DNA of 64,000 nt, taken from assembly GCA_951406725.2 (NCBI GenBank), contig OX597814.1:61442001-61506000 (forward strand), in the 5' to 3' direction. Shown piece after piece: positions 36,716 through 50,525 of the stretch (position 1 is the stretch's first letter; every line of letters begins with the position of its first letter). The position numbers and the translations under genes are program-made. The notes below the pieces were generated by a model. That model saw nothing but the letters and a program-made list of their open reading frames with translations, was not told the DNA's origin and did not search any database. The DNA is from Octopus vulgaris (taxonomy: Eukaryota).

Positions 36716-37210
36716 TAGTAATGTATTTTATGTTCATACCATGTATGAAGAACAAGCCAGCCTGTTAGGAGACAACATATTTTCAAGTTACATGGACTGG
36801 CTTAAAAGGAGTTAAGCATTTTGGCTGTGGACATAACAGCACAAGTGATGGAATTAATCTTGTTGGAACCATTGACCATCAAGTTAGTGGAGACTTAACC
36901 AAATTCTACAGTACCATTATTGTTAAGCTATTGCAAAAACATTTTTTAAGTTCAATACATAGAAAAACATATTTGTATGTTGAAAACCTAAGATATACCT
37001 TGGCTTAAGTTGTTCTTGATTATACATTGGGTTTTCAAAAATAATGTATAGAAAAATAAAAATCAAGTTAAGTCTTATTGCACTGTAGTTCCAATATCTA
37101 CCGTTAGGTGTTGTTGTCACTCGTGATTTTCATGATAGTTTTGAATTCAGATTTGTTTAAGTCTATTTATCAGCTACTTTCTCATTCTCATGTGACTATT
37201 TTTTTCCCCC

Positions 37211-38279
37211 ATGGCTCCTAAGAAAATTCATAGTGAAATAATTGCTATCTTCAAGCATTACTATATGAAGCATACACTGTGGGAAGCAAAAGCTGCAATT
37301 GATCTTGATGAATCCATCACACTTCATAACTTTTGGAAGAGATATGATATCTACAAGGCTATACAAAACATAGCAGCAGTATGGAATGTACAAAGCACGG
37401 CTATGAATGGTGTATGGAAGAAGCTATGCTTGCAATTCGTGAATGATTTTAGGGGGTTTGATAATGTTGTCAAAATGTTGGTGTCTACAAGCAAAGAACT
37501 GGAAATAGATTTGGAGGAGGAAGATTTCACAGATTTATTTGAAAAAGACAAGCAGCCCCTGATGAACGAGGATTTGATAGAGCTTCACGAGCAGCAAAAT
37601 AAAGAAGTGGAAGCCAAATTTGAGCCACGTCACTTTACCATTAATAAAATGCAGCAAGTATTTGCATATGTCAAAAAAAGTCTTTCTATGTTCAAGGATA
37701 TGGATTCAAATGCTCAATGCTTTTCCAAGAGTATGGGGCTTGTCACAAAGCTTTTGCTTCTTATAATGTAATCTTTGAAAAAAAGAAGACAGTTCAAGGA
37801 ACTCTCAACTGGTTTTTTAAGCACATTGAACAAGAACAGCCAGAGTCAGCTGTTTATGTTTATGATCCAGAACCACCTACATCCGTGATGTAAATCACTA
37901 AATTGTATGTACGTATTGATAAATTTAAAATAATTAATTTTTTTTATTATTGCAGAATAATAATAATTACTGAATTTGTTTTTTAAGCTGAAAAAAGGCT
38001 ATTATTTTACCATGTCTTATTGCAAACCGCAAAGCACCGCCAAATTGTATTTGTAAATTTAGATTACGTTTTCTTCTACTGTATTGTATTAAAAAATAAA
38101 AATTATATGTTTGTAAGCTTAAAATAGGTTTTTATTAACCATGTATTATCAAAATGTGTTCATAAATAAAGTACAGAACAGGGAAAGGTTATTATTGGTT
38201 TAGCTTAGAGACAAGTTAATTCGACTTAAGTACATGTCTCCTGGAACCAGTCAATGACGTAGGGTGAAGTATGCCTGTA
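37211..38279 (+). mobile_element. Tigger/pogo transposase 3' remnant with right end
   Basis: 186-aa ORF AIFKHYYM...FWKRYDIYKAIQNIAAVW...NGVWKKL typical of the pogo DDE C-terminus; ends gtatgcctg-TA. Confidence 0.8.
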
Positions 38280-38945
38280 TATGGTTAGAAAAGAACATTA
38301 AAACAGTAGGGTAAAAACTGGGTTTATTACAAAATTTCCAACAGGTAGTGAATTGATCCGTTGCAAATTAATTGGTTTGTCCTCAGGATTCATGCAATCT
38401 ATCATATACCTTTGCTGTAAAGGACCAGGAGAATATGCACTTAAATGAAAAACAATTGATACAAATAATAACAAAGAAAATAAAGAATGACTTCTTCATA
38501 GATATATTTATTTGAAAATTCATACAGATAGTAAATTGATATTAAAATATCTTCAAAAAAGAGAAGAAATATGGAGTCAGTGCCAAATATGAATCAAATT
38601 TATTGTTTATTCCAATTGTATTTACCCATTGATATTATTCTTGTTGGGAACAACCTTCTTTTTGGTAAGTATTAATAGTGTATAAATTGATTTGTTCATT
38701 TGGCACAAGGCCATGTTTGCAAGATAAGTGAGTGAATGAGTGAAGGAGCATGCTTTGATTTACCATGAAGGTAAATGGTACAATTATTGGAATTCAAAAC
38801 TTAGAAACATACAACAGCATCTAATCTGACAGTCTGCTTGTTTTCCATTCCCTCATTTTACATGTAGAGTGCACAATTAATATCGTTAACCTTTTTTATT
38901 TTATCACCATCTCCTTGTACATAAAAACAAATCTTTATAAAGATG

Positions 38946-39530
38946 TAAAGGGTGTCTAAAAGAAAAGTAAACATACTTCAAATGTTTAATAGAATATCTA
39001 TTAAGATATATCTGTGATTTATAGTTCAAATTAAAAAAAAGAACAAACATGTTGAGTCATCACAAGTCTTCAAACTGATGGTCATTCTAGTAATGACACT
39101 GCTGACAAAACAGGCCAATGGAATGGCAAACATTATAAATTATTTCAATTAGCACTTGGGTGCCTTCTCTTTACATGTCTACTTACATTTCATTGATTGT
39201 TGTTGGTTTTGAGCAATAAACTTTATGATTAGCTGTCTCCCTAAATGTAAGTTCACTGGAATGAGACCTGCTGAGTGCAGGAGAGTGAGAGAGGTGGGAG
39301 GAGGAATTCGACATCCATTTGTTCAGAATATTTTCATTAAGACAGGCCCTTACATCACAGTGATGGTAGAGCAATGTTCTCTCTTATAAATAAAACTTAA
39401 CCACCCAACACCCTTCTAATACATGGTATGACTGACTCTTACAATGAATTCAACAAAACGTCACCAAGCACAATGTTATCAAAAAGGAACAGTCCAGTTT
39501 AGCTTAACACTGACAACCAGCAAATCCCTG
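38946..39530 (-). mobile_element. Tc1/mariner transposase 3' remnant
   Basis: YHHCDVRACLNE..NKWM...SPALS...KVYCSKPTTINE matches the decayed HYHRDVRAYL..RW..SPDL..KVY..KP.TI.EL pattern; terminus taaagggtgtctaaaa. Confidence 0.7.
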
Positions 39531-39560
39531 GGAAGTTCACCTATCTTTCCATAACATGTA

Positions 39561-40480
39561 CACTGGGTGAAAAAAACAAAAACAAACCTACCCAGACAAA
39601 TAGTGCTGTACCAAACTGAATAGAGTATGCTGATTCCGAATCTGAACCTAGAATTGCTGTAACACATCAGGATTTTGAGTTATGTGCATAATTATATATA
39701 TATATTAATATCAGGAATAGTTAATTTAAGGTAAATAATTATTATAATATAATGGTATGTAAGTATATTTATGTTAAGGGAATACTCACTTTATTTTTGA
39801 TATGCTCACCTCAGAAATGTTTGAGACACTTGCTCTTGCACTTAAGTGTTGTATTGGTCTCCTGTTGTAGGAACCAGCAATAGTCATTCATCATGTGTGA
39901 ATTGAACTGGCCTTGATACCTTCTTTCCATCTTAGATATGTCCTGGTTGAACCTCTCACCAAGCTCATCACTAACAACACCAAGATTTATTAGAAAAAAA
40001 TTGAGATGAGAATGCAAGAAATGCATTTTAAGGAACACTCAGTACCCCATTCTTTCATATGATGTCAGCATATTGTTTATTAAATCAGCATAATTTTCAA
40101 GAAAGTTCTGTACAGCTAACACGAATGAATCCCATGCCATCAACTCAACTGGATTCAGTTTACCTCTGAATTTGCTATCAGACATCAATTCTCTGATCTC
40201 AAGTCCAATAAAAATGCCTGATTTCAGTTTTGTGTCACTTTTCTCTGCACCAAATTTTACTTTCAGGTACTGAAAGCCACAACCATCATGCGTCATTGCT
40301 TTTTAAAAGTTTTTCATGAGGCCAAGTTTGATGTGAAGGGGTGGAAGGATAATTATCAGTGACCCAGTCACAAAATTCAATTCTATAGTCAGGAGAGTAT
40401 GGTCTAATGTTGGAATAAAACTCTCTTGAACAGTTCCTTTCATTGAGAACTGTGTCTAAGGTAAACAATGATTTGTTTTA
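39561..40480 (-). mobile_element. Chapaev3 (CMC)-like transposase 3' remnant
   Basis: PHQTWPHEK region then YLKVKF..KLKSGIFIGLEIRELM...AWDSF...KMHFLHSHLNFF..NLGVVSDELGERFNQDISKMERRYQG...DYCW; terminus cactggg with gctgattccgaatctgaa subterminal motif. Confidence 0.75.
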
Positions 40481-40554
40481 AATTCTTTTTAAAAACATCT
40501 CCACATTTCCAATAACAGTATGCTTTCTTAGAGCTTGTTATGTGCACCTTCAGA

Positions 40555-40720
40555 ATAAAACATCCAGCCCGGGTCACGGCCTTGGACGGAAGAAAGGTGT
40601 TCATCTACAAGCCTGGAGAAAAGGTGGGTGCTGACACCTACTACAAGATGCTGAGGTGTCATGTCTTGCTTGCCATGGCTCAAGGCCAACTACCTGGAGG
40701 GTAACTATGAGTGGACTCAA
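40555..40720 (+). mobile_element. Tc1/mariner (maT-like) transposase fragment
   Basis: HPARV..DGRK..YKPGEKVGADTYYKMLRCHVL/PWLKANYLEGNYEWTQ, translated by hand across a frameshift. Confidence 0.65.
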
Positions 40721-41779
40721 ATATTTATAAATGACAACATCAGAAACAGAAGTATTAAGTGAGTTATAGGCTATAAATTTATGTAAATACAGTTTTGGGA
40801 CATCTTGAAATAAGCCTAAATTAGAGAAAGAAATTCGGGTCTTACTGGAACCGAGAATGTTTCTAATAAGAAATAAACATCTCATCCTTAAGCTGTTGAA
40901 GTAATCGACCGTGTTTTCACATATCAGATTCTTGCCAGGCTTGCCTACAGGCATTCAACTTTTCATCATTCACCTTAATAAAACAAGTGATAGATTGACT
41001 GAAGGGGATGTTGATGATATGTATAAACTGTTACAGGCAAATGGTGTGTAACAGAATTCTAATACAAAGATACTAATAGTGGGGAAGAAGGACTAGAAGG
41101 GTGTTCAGTATAAGGTATGAAAGTTATGACTAAGTGAGCAGTGATGAAAGGCGAGCAAGTGTGTCTTCAAGATGGAAGGGAGATGAATTCCATCAAGATC
41201 AGAAAAGCAGAGACTGTGCAAAAAGATTTAGACAAGTGACACAGCTTGATAATAGGTCAGCATTATTATAACGTTTGCATATTTGTTTAGACCAACACAA
41301 GGAATGTTGATTACACCTACATTAGAAAAGTGACTGCTGCTGTTACACAACGCTAGGAAATTTGAATGGGTTAAAAGAAACTACACAACTGGATTTTTCT
41401 TAGGCTGTTCTTTTCTTCTAAAGATGGGATTTTGCATCAGAAATATATCCTCTCAAGTCATCAGTGGTGAAAAGTGACTTAAAGACCAGGGCATTCAGTC
41501 AATGATGAGGTCAATCACCAAGGCAGAGAATGGGGTAGTGGAGCTTTACCACCGCCCTGGAAAATTATTCCACTCTTCCCTCTGTAAATGTGATATGAAC
41601 TAATTTTAATGAGAGAAAATGCATTTCTACCAACAAGCCATGCTTTAGGCTTGTTAACCCTCTCCATTAATAATAATTTGGCAACACACTGGCCATGATG
41701 ACCTTTATTGGTTACAAAAGATATCTGAGAAAAAATAGAAACCGTATATAATGAGATATTTAAAATTTATTTGTAAATC

Positions 41780-43200
41780 AGTTCAAATTTTCATTTCTTT
41801 TTGGCAAATTCATCAATCACTTTGCTATAGAATGTATCAGTACCACACTCTAACTTCATCTTTTTCAAAAAGTCTTTATTCATGGAAATAAAGATCAAAT
41901 TATTTAATCTCTCTTCAGTTTGTGAATACCTCATAAAATTATTTACTTGCTTTAATGAATAAAATGATCTTTCACAGGAAGCAAATATAGCAGGTATGGT
42001 CAGAATCAGATGTAATAATTTTGTTATTCCAACTAGAGCTTGGTGTAGTTCAAGTTCCTGTATCATTTCATCCAGTAGTACTCTTTGAGCCATCAACTTG
42101 GCTGAAAAAGTTGAAATTTCTTTTAAAGTTTGAAAGAAAATTTGACATTCATGAATATTTGAAGCTGACTGTGAGAGCACTAAATTAAGTGAATGTGCAT
42201 AACAATGTACAAATATGACATTCAAATGCCCAGCCATCACGCTTGCTCCATCATAAGCTTGCGCAATAAATTTTTGGCCATAGTTGAATTTATTAACAAA
42301 TTTTCAAACTTCTGTCAATGATGCAACTCTTCTATCTTTGTTGACATTGACATATCCTAAAAACCTTTCTTGAGGCTTTTCTTTCTCATCAAAAAATCAT
42401 AAAACACAATTGAGATCTCATTTGAAGGTCTGTAGTCTCATCAAACATAACAGCAACAAAGGTGGTTTTTTTTTTATCATTGCCTTAATTTCACCTTCAA
42501 TTGTAGCATATATACAATTAATTATCTTGTTTTGAATATTATTTGAAAGTCCAGAAAATGTGCAGTTGGCATTTTCTCTCATGAAATCTAGATGCAATCT
42601 TAAACAACTATCGTATTCTGCTACTGCTTCACATATAGCCAGCAAATTGTCCTTATTGTTTGATTGTATTCTTGAAATGAAAATTCTTAATAAACAAAAT
42701 TTCAATACAATGAATTAACCATTTCAATATTTCATGATTTTTCTTGATTGATCTATTATGCAACTGAACTGAATTTGCTTTCACGTGATCGATTGTTGCA
42801 TCAATTTGCTGTCGGCCAAAGGTTTTCAGAGCAATTATGGAATTCGGATGATTTTAAGATTTTTTGTGTCTTGTCAAATTGTTCAAATCACAGTAGCTGG
42901 TAGTTGTCCATGTGTTATTATGTTGACAAAATAACAGACATAGAAAACAGAATAAATTTGTTGAGAATGGGACATCCTATCATCCACTCATATTGTTCAT
43001 AATACTTGGAATCAAAATAACGATGACATTCCTTACTGCTCACTTTGGCTTTGATTTTCAATTCAAGCTTTGGCATCTCTCTTCCAAGAAAGATAATATT
43101 CTTCTTCTCTTTGAAGCTTCTTGTTGCAAAAGGTCGGAAAAGTAAAGAGGAAACTGAGCTAAATGACTCTTTTGCCATCCTGTGGGTCAATGAAAATGCG
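41780..43200 (-). mobile_element. hAT transposase remnant (ZMYM1-like)
   Basis: YDGASVMAGH..FVHCYAHSLNLVL and dimerisation motif LTIPA..ASCERSF.SLK; DUF4371-like SNNIQNKII; multiple frameshifts. Confidence 0.85.
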
Positions 43201-43649
43201 AAAAATGTTACTGGGATATAATTTTTTTAAAACAAATCGAAGCTTTATTCTAACAAAAAATTTGGGTGTTAGTTGACTTTTTTTACATAACCATTTTTAA
43301 AAGATTTTAAATATTTAAAATAAAATTTTAAAGCAAATGCCTCCAAATTTTTTCGGATTGCTCCCCACCCCCACAACCTACATTTCTAGCACCCTACCAC
43401 TACAGAAACACAGACTTCTTTCTTCTGTGAATTTGACATAATTGTATTTCACAAATATAATTTAATCCATTTAACTCATTATTTTGCTGTTTTTGCAATA
43501 TGAGAGAGTAAATTTACTATCTGTAACTACATTGTTTTCATATTTTTAATGTAATAGTTTTACATTGTGCAGGGGTATCAGTTTCTTGGCATCAGGTTGA
43601 AAGGTGCTGAGAAGTTGTCTCACATCCCTGTGTTCAATAATTTTCAGTC

Positions 43650-44620
43650 TGCTTTACTTCACTTAGAAAGAGGCTGGGCAGCTGCACTGAAGCCCCACTC
43701 TACTAAATATGATGTTGAGAAGACAATAAAGTACATCTAGACTTTGTTCCACAGTGCATGTAGCTGTCAGAAATGTCTAGTAAAAAATTATGGTATGATT
43801 CTTTGAACTTTAGCTTCATCTCAACGTCCTTTTAAAGTGAAACCAGTTCTTCCTCTATTATTTTTGTCTCCAGGCATGTTTCTGTGCATGTGAACAATAC
43901 ACTTAAAAGTCATCTTCACGTTTACTTTTTACCTTCTCTATTTCAGAGAGGTTAGGAAACTGGAAGAACTCACAGTAACTTATGTTATATTTGAATAACT
44001 CTAACTTGGAAAGGCATGTGGAGATGGGTGATTTTATTTTGACAAGATTTAACCAAATTTCTAATCGTAAATTAACTTCAATGAACTTTGTGAATATATC
44101 TGCTATTCATGTCATGCTTGATGTTTCTTAGTTCACAGAGAACAGAATTAGAGTTTTGGAATAATTCAATAACTGTTTTAAAAAGGGATTGCAATAGTGG
44201 GGAATTGAGAACACGTGTTATGATTTTATATACTGCCTTGATAACAGAGCTCAATGATTTCTTTCATCTACCACTTACGTTATTTATAACCAGATGTGCT
44301 GTAAACAACACTAAGCATAACTTTTTCAATAACTGATGAAGCACTGATGACAACCTGCTATTGATGGTGTCCCATCTATTGCACAAATAAGAATATTAAT
44401 CTGAAGGATATTGTTCACTCTGAAAAAAATCTGAACAACATGAAATACCGACTTCCCTCTTGTATCCTTTTCTAGTTGTCTTACAAATAATAGCTCTTTG
44501 ATGAAGCAAAAATAGGCAAGAAACACACTTTTGTTGCTTGACAAAAGGGATTCACCTAACTATAAGCTAATTTTGGTTGTACTAAGTATGTTGCATAACA
44601 TATCTTCAATATTATAGAAC
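43650..44620 (-). mobile_element. hAT (Buster/Charlie-like) transposase remnant
   Basis: FLAYFCF..ELLFVRQLEKDTRGKSVF...ICAIDGTPSIAG resembles the TDGAP.M.G motif region. Confidence 0.65.
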
Positions 44621-44808
44621 TCTGTATTTTGGACCACTTATAACAGGCACTTTAAGAGAAAAAAAATTTTTGTACCTCTCCCTCTTCATTTTACTTTTCA
44701 TGATTGAAATGTCGGAAGAAAACCTTTAAAAAAAAAACCCGAGAAATTCTGATTTAAGCACCCCCATACAACACCCTCATAACATTTTGATTTTTTGATT
44801 TTTCAGAA

Positions 44809-45131
44809 AAGTTTTGCAAATTTGTGTTTTATGCATGGGAATTCATACAATTATGCAAAAAAAAAAAAGAAGTGTGATTTAAAGGGTGATTTGGCTGTTA
44901 TTTTTAGTACATCTCATGACCACCTGATCCCTTCCTCATTTCCTTGTCACTGACAGAGGTGCATCATCATTCCATTAAATGAGAAAAATATTGAAAAACA
45001 TCAATACATGTCAGAGTGACAAAGAAACGAGGAAGGTATCATGTGGTTGTGAGATGCACTAAATTGCCCTTAAATCATACATAAAAAATTTTTTGTTTTT
45101 GTGTAATTAGATTTAAAGAATTGCAAAACTC
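44809..45131. repeat. Foldback / MITE-like imperfect palindrome
   Basis: catctcatgaccacctgatcccttcctcatttccttgtcac pairs with gtgacaaagaaacgaggaaggtatcatgtggttgtgagatg; weaker pairing extends outward. Confidence 0.8.
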
Positions 45132-46195
45132 TTCACATAGAACAAAAGACAAAGTACCAATTATGGAAGATATGAGGAATTTCTTACTTTTAGTATAAAA
45201 CTAAAGACTCAAGAGAACCATCAAGCAAAATAAAATACTTCAAAGTCAACTTGTAGTTGTTAAAACTGAAATGATTTGTTCAGTGAAAGTAGTCAATCTC
45301 ACTCTCTCCCTGTATATATGTGTGCATGCACACACACGTGTGTGCGTGCGTGCGTGTATAAATGTATATATATATATATGAGGGGCAAAGGGTTTATGTA
45401 TACTTTATCATTTTTCTAGGATAAATAAATTTTGTTGTCATGGATCAAGGTGCTTGTGTTAGGAGATTCAATTTTCTAGCAACATTTAAGCAGTAAGATG
45501 ATGAGTTCTTATATAGAGTTAAAAACTCAGATATGTTGGTAATAATCATATAGTTCCCACTGGGAATTAAAATAGTGAAGCTGTTTTATTTTGCAGAAAT
45601 CTTACCTTGCATCAATTACCCGTGAATGAAAAAAATCAAAACACAAAAACAAAGAAATTCTATAATTGGCTCATAGAACATGGTTGATATATTAGATCAT
45701 AATGAGAATTTAATGAGAAACCATAAATACATCACTGCTTTCCCAACCTCTCTCTCTCTCACTATATATATATATATCTTTTACTTGTTTCAATCATTAG
45801 ATCATGGCCATGCTGGGGCACCACCTTGGAGAAGTTTTCGTCGAATGAATTGACCCCAGTACTTACCTTATTATTTTAGGCCTGGTACTTATTCTACCAG
45901 TCTCTTTTTGCTGAGCTGCTAAGTTACGGGGATGTAAACACACCAGCACCAGTTGTCAAGCAGTGGTGGAGGACAAAGACACACACACACACATATGGGC
46001 TTCTTTCAGTTTCTGCTTTTGGTTGGCTTAAGATATAGTAGAAGACACTTGCCCAAGGTGCCATACAGGGGACTGGACTCAGAACCATGTGGCTGGGAAG
46101 CAAGCTTCTTATCACACAGCCAATCCTGCAAGCACACACACACTAGTATGTGGACAAATGAAGGAAAGTTATACTCAACACATTTCATTGTAGTT

Positions 46196-46380
46196 ATATG
46201 TATTATTTAATAGCAGTTGGACTTGGATCCATGCAATTTAAAGGACAGCAGGCTCATAGAACAAAACTAGCTTGTCAGGCATTGGAAATCTCCAAATGCC
46301 TGACAAGTTAGATTCGTTCCACAAGCCTATGAAACTTTAAGTTGCATGAAGCTGAGCGAAACTGTTTCCAAATAATATGT
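46196..46380. repeat. Foldback / MITE-like imperfect palindrome
   Basis: Core ctagcttgtcaggcatt (46267-46283) / aatgcctgacaagttag (46295-46311) with weaker outer arms. Confidence 0.8.
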
Positions 46381-47911
46381 ATATATAATTTATTTATTTA
46401 TACACACTGACACATACATACACACATAGTTTATTCGATAAGTACCTGACTTAACACTGGACATATATCCTGCAAAATATATCCTGACACTATTTTTATA
46501 ATAGAAAAAGCCTGTTAAATATAGATGATTATAAAAATGTAAGTTTAATGTATTTTACTTTAAACAGATGATTTTTACAGATTTAAATGGAAATTGTAGA
46601 CCATTGACGTATCATTAAGTATTTGGTATCTAGCCCAAAAAACAGAGGTAAAGCTCCATTGAATATACAGAGAAGATACTCCATCACATCTAACTGCAAA
46701 ATATATTACCCAATAACAAAGTCATTCTGCAGTTCCTCTACCTGCCAGAAATAGCAGCCAAATTTTCCTAAAAATTAAAAGGATGCATTGGACAATGTAG
46801 TCCTAAATATATATATATATATATACAAAAATGATTGGATGGTCACAACTAGAATACTTATAGTTATTATAGCTAATCCAGGATTAAGCAAGAATACTAT
46901 GACAGAATATTAGGCTATTCAAAGGTAGAAGAAAGTTTGTAACTGATGAAGAAAACCTGGCTGACTAAAAAAAAACTCAGGAAACTCCCAAGGATTCTTT
47001 AGCAAAAATTCTAGTAGAGGAGCAACAAATTAACTTCAGATTGATTTAATATTAGTGCTGGCACAGTTTATGTAAACTTAGATAAGTTTCAGCCAGCATT
47101 GGTAGGCCATGTCTAACTTAATAGCACCACCTGGAAAAGACATTTAAAGGTGTTTCATATGAGTCTTTCTTTGGGCACCATAGCACATTTGAGAAGCGAG
47201 GTATTATTTGCAGACATATATTGGTGGATAGGTGGTTAATCTGGAATTTGTTGGGGATATTCACCCAGGAACTATTTAAATATTAGTGTATCTTTTTCTT
47301 TTACTATGTGTCTTGGTATGATGATAAAGAGATATTTTGGTATAATGAGATAACAATGTTCGAACTGTTGTATTAGCAATTTACACACCTGGCAAGATGA
47401 AAAGGAAAATTACACACTGTAGAGTAGTTGACATTAGGAAGAGCATCCAGCTCTTGAAACCATGTCAAAGCAGTTATTGGAGCTTGTTACAGTCCTCTTG
47501 CTTTCCAACTACTGACATAGGTTGAACCATTCAACCCATGCTAGCATGGAAAATGGGCATTAAATGATGATGATAATGATGATGAAGTGCAGTCATTGCT
47601 GTGTGATTAAAACTCTACATCTCACAGGGAAGAACTGGACTAGAAACAGCCACAGATAAGCACTGATGCAATCAGTATGTTTTTCTTCATTATTAGGAGT
47701 AATTTTGCATGACAAAACTATTAATTTGAATGTAGACTACTGTAGAGAGTTACGAGCAAGTGTCAGGAGAAAAAGGATAACGTTCAGAGATGTACCATCC
47801 TATTTATATTGAAATATTTTGGCTGGTTCTGGAACACAGACTCACCAAAAATCACTTGTCTTCTTAATTAATTTTCTACTTACTAATGTGGATGGCAGAA
47901 TGTCTCTTGAT

Positions 47912-48234
47912 CAGTGGTTCTCAAACATTTTTTACCTATAAACCCCATTGATTACTATTTCATTCTGGCAGACCCCACCCCACCCCACCCCATAGACATT
48001 CGATGCTTAAAAACTAGTTTTATAGATAGATACATCTTCCAAAATTCCTATTTTGTTTATCACACATTCACTTGTCTAGACTGAACTTTGTAAAAGAAAC
48101 CTAACTGCTTCTTGCAATAAACACATCTAAACCAAAACTTTTTCACAAACCCTTAATATACTGTGAATCCTCAACTTACTATTTTGCTTGTATGGACACT
48201 TTGTGGTCATATGAGCCATTGTTGAGAACCAATG
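47912..48234. mobile_element. hAT MITE
   Basis: cagtggttctcaa ... ttgagaaccaatg; flanks ctcttgat/ctctagaa. Confidence 0.7.
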
Positions 48235-48840
48235 CTCTAGAACAACATGGTCAGAAACAACCGTTTAAACCAATAATAAACTAAATCTATGAATTTGTAA
48301 CTAGAAACTGTTATTTCTAACAATAAAATGTATCACCAATCTCATCTACTCCAACCAAAGAGGAGATAATTGAACAAGATGATAAAGGTTTTCTTGGGTA
48401 TGAAAAGATCTAATATTAAACTTTAAGAGAGAGAGAGAGAGACGGGGGGAAACTGACAATTTAAACATATGAAAATGAAAAGCAATTATTTTAAGATCTC
48501 ATAAACTTGGTTGTTTGGTCAGCAATACAGTAGATGACTCAAAGAGTTGATGGAAAAAAATTATATTTGACATTAGAAAAAACAAGTCAAGATCAATAAA
48601 TTTAAGATAATTACTCTGAACTTACTGCTAATTTCATAAAGAATTTTCTTTTTAACTTACTCAAAAGATATTAAAAGTAAGTTATTGGGTGAACATAAGC
48701 AAAGAAAGAGACAACTTTGTAGTCAAAGTTTTGAAGAGCAGAAAGCCAAAAAGGTTTGAATTGAATTTGACTCTGCTGAAGCCATGCTTATTATGGTCAC
48801 TGAAAGCAGAAAGACAATTAAGGACAAAATTCATAATTAT

Positions 48841-49060
48841 TTAACTGTTTAGATGGCCATTCCAGGCCCAAATATTCTACATGTATAATGTTCAAACTGA
48901 CCAAATTCAGTCTCTTACAACTACTATACAATGTCATTCTAAGAATACACTATCACATCATTGAAATCTACAGGTAGCAAGATAATGAATGATTAATTCA
49001 AACCAATTTGTATAAATAAACATTACATTTAACAGAATAATTTGAATGCTAAAGGGTTAA
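48841..49060. mobile_element. TTAA MITE family 2 (diverged)
   Basis: Internal homology to the 35688 copy; right end gaatgctaaagggttaa. Confidence 0.7.
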
Positions 49061-50211
49061 ATCAATCAACATCAGGATCTGAGAGAATTCCCCTCTTTTC
49101 TATCTTAATTATGGTTTATCATTGCTTGGATTTTCAGGACTCATAGGGACAGTTACCCAGTTTCTATGGAGTATAAGTGACCAAGTATAACATTCCACCT
49201 GAATGGAAAACAAACTCTGTTGCAGAGTTACTAATTTACAGTTGAATGGACTAGAGCAATGTAAAATTAAAGTGTTTTTTCTCAAAAGCACAATGCATCA
49301 CCTGGTCTGTGAATTGAAAACATGATCTTGCAATCATGAGTGCAACACTCCAACTGCTAGGTCATGTGTCTTCACTCCCTCTCTTAAGCATGAGAAATAT
49401 CATCTTCAGCCCCACATTTGGTAAGACTGAAGATCAACCCAGGAGCACAGCTCAAGAACAATGACAAGAATGTTGTCTGGACTACTTCATTCAACTTAAA
49501 TAACCAATGATATTCTACATTCAGTGGTTGTGTATCAGTGGACCTAAAGATATGTCAGAAAAGGAGTTCAGGTTAGAGTTGGGAGACAAAGGCAGGCAGT
49601 GAATAGGTATTGCTTACAGGGCATAATTATCTGAAGATAAAACAAAGATAGGAGAGTAAGCCATTTGATGCCGTGTGAGGCTCTGCTGAATTTTGAATCA
49701 TTGTGTTCTAGACCATGGTTTTCTACTGCCATAATAGGCATTACCTGCAAACATGGGTCAACCAATCAGATTGACTTGTATGTAAACAAGTGGATTGAAA
49801 TCTTCCTGCTAAATAGTCTAGTCATATTTTCTAGAAACCATATTGTCATAAGAAGCTGGCAAACTGAACCCTTTACAAAGCCCTGTCACTCTACTCTGTA
49901 AGATGGCCTCTTACCCTCTTCTATGTTTCGTTACAGAATGATATCTGGCACTACATGGAACTAAATTATTCAGTTGCGTAGTAGGTGCTTTCACTCTCTT
50001 TACTTGTTCTGCTGAGAATGACCTGAAGTGTAACTAGAAGCTATACCAGTCATAAGCATGATGGTGTTTTCATTCTGTCTGCTTTATCTCTTCTCAGTAA
50101 CTATGAACTGTTTTCAATATTATTCAGTATATTATGCCACGAAAACTTGAACTTATTCCATTTTGATATCTCTTGAAGGCTGTTCTGCTTATTCAACTGT
50201 AATATATATAT

Positions 50212-50525
50212 AGGCGAGGCTGGCAACGTTTCGTGTTCGTTGCCAGCCTCGCCTGGCCCTCGTGCCGGTGGCACATAAAAAACACCATCCGTTCGTGGCC
50301 GTTTGCCAGCTCTGGCTGGCACCAGTGCGGGTGGCACGTAAAAAGCACCCACTACACTCACGGAGTGGTTGGCGTTAGGAAGGGCATCCAGCCGTAGAAA
50401 CACTGCCAGATTTGACTGGGCCTGATGAAGCCTTCTGGCTTCACAGACCCCAGCAGAACCGTCCAACCCATGCTAGCATGGAAAACGGACGCTAAATGAT
50501 GATGATGATGATGATGATGATGATG
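50212..50525 (+). mobile_element. Young RTE LINE 3'UTR fragment with (GAT)n tail and 5' fold-back
   Basis: Near-exact reverse complement of 26751-27035. Confidence 0.85.

Noticed and set aside
37211-37771. 186-aa ORF as a domesticated TIGD/Jerky gene
   Set aside because: Lacks the N-terminal HTH and most of the DDE domain, and is frameshifted at the C-terminus
39183-39374. Minus-strand ORF ending at a gtaagt as a host exon
   Set aside because: The peptide matches a decayed Tc1/mariner transposase C-terminus
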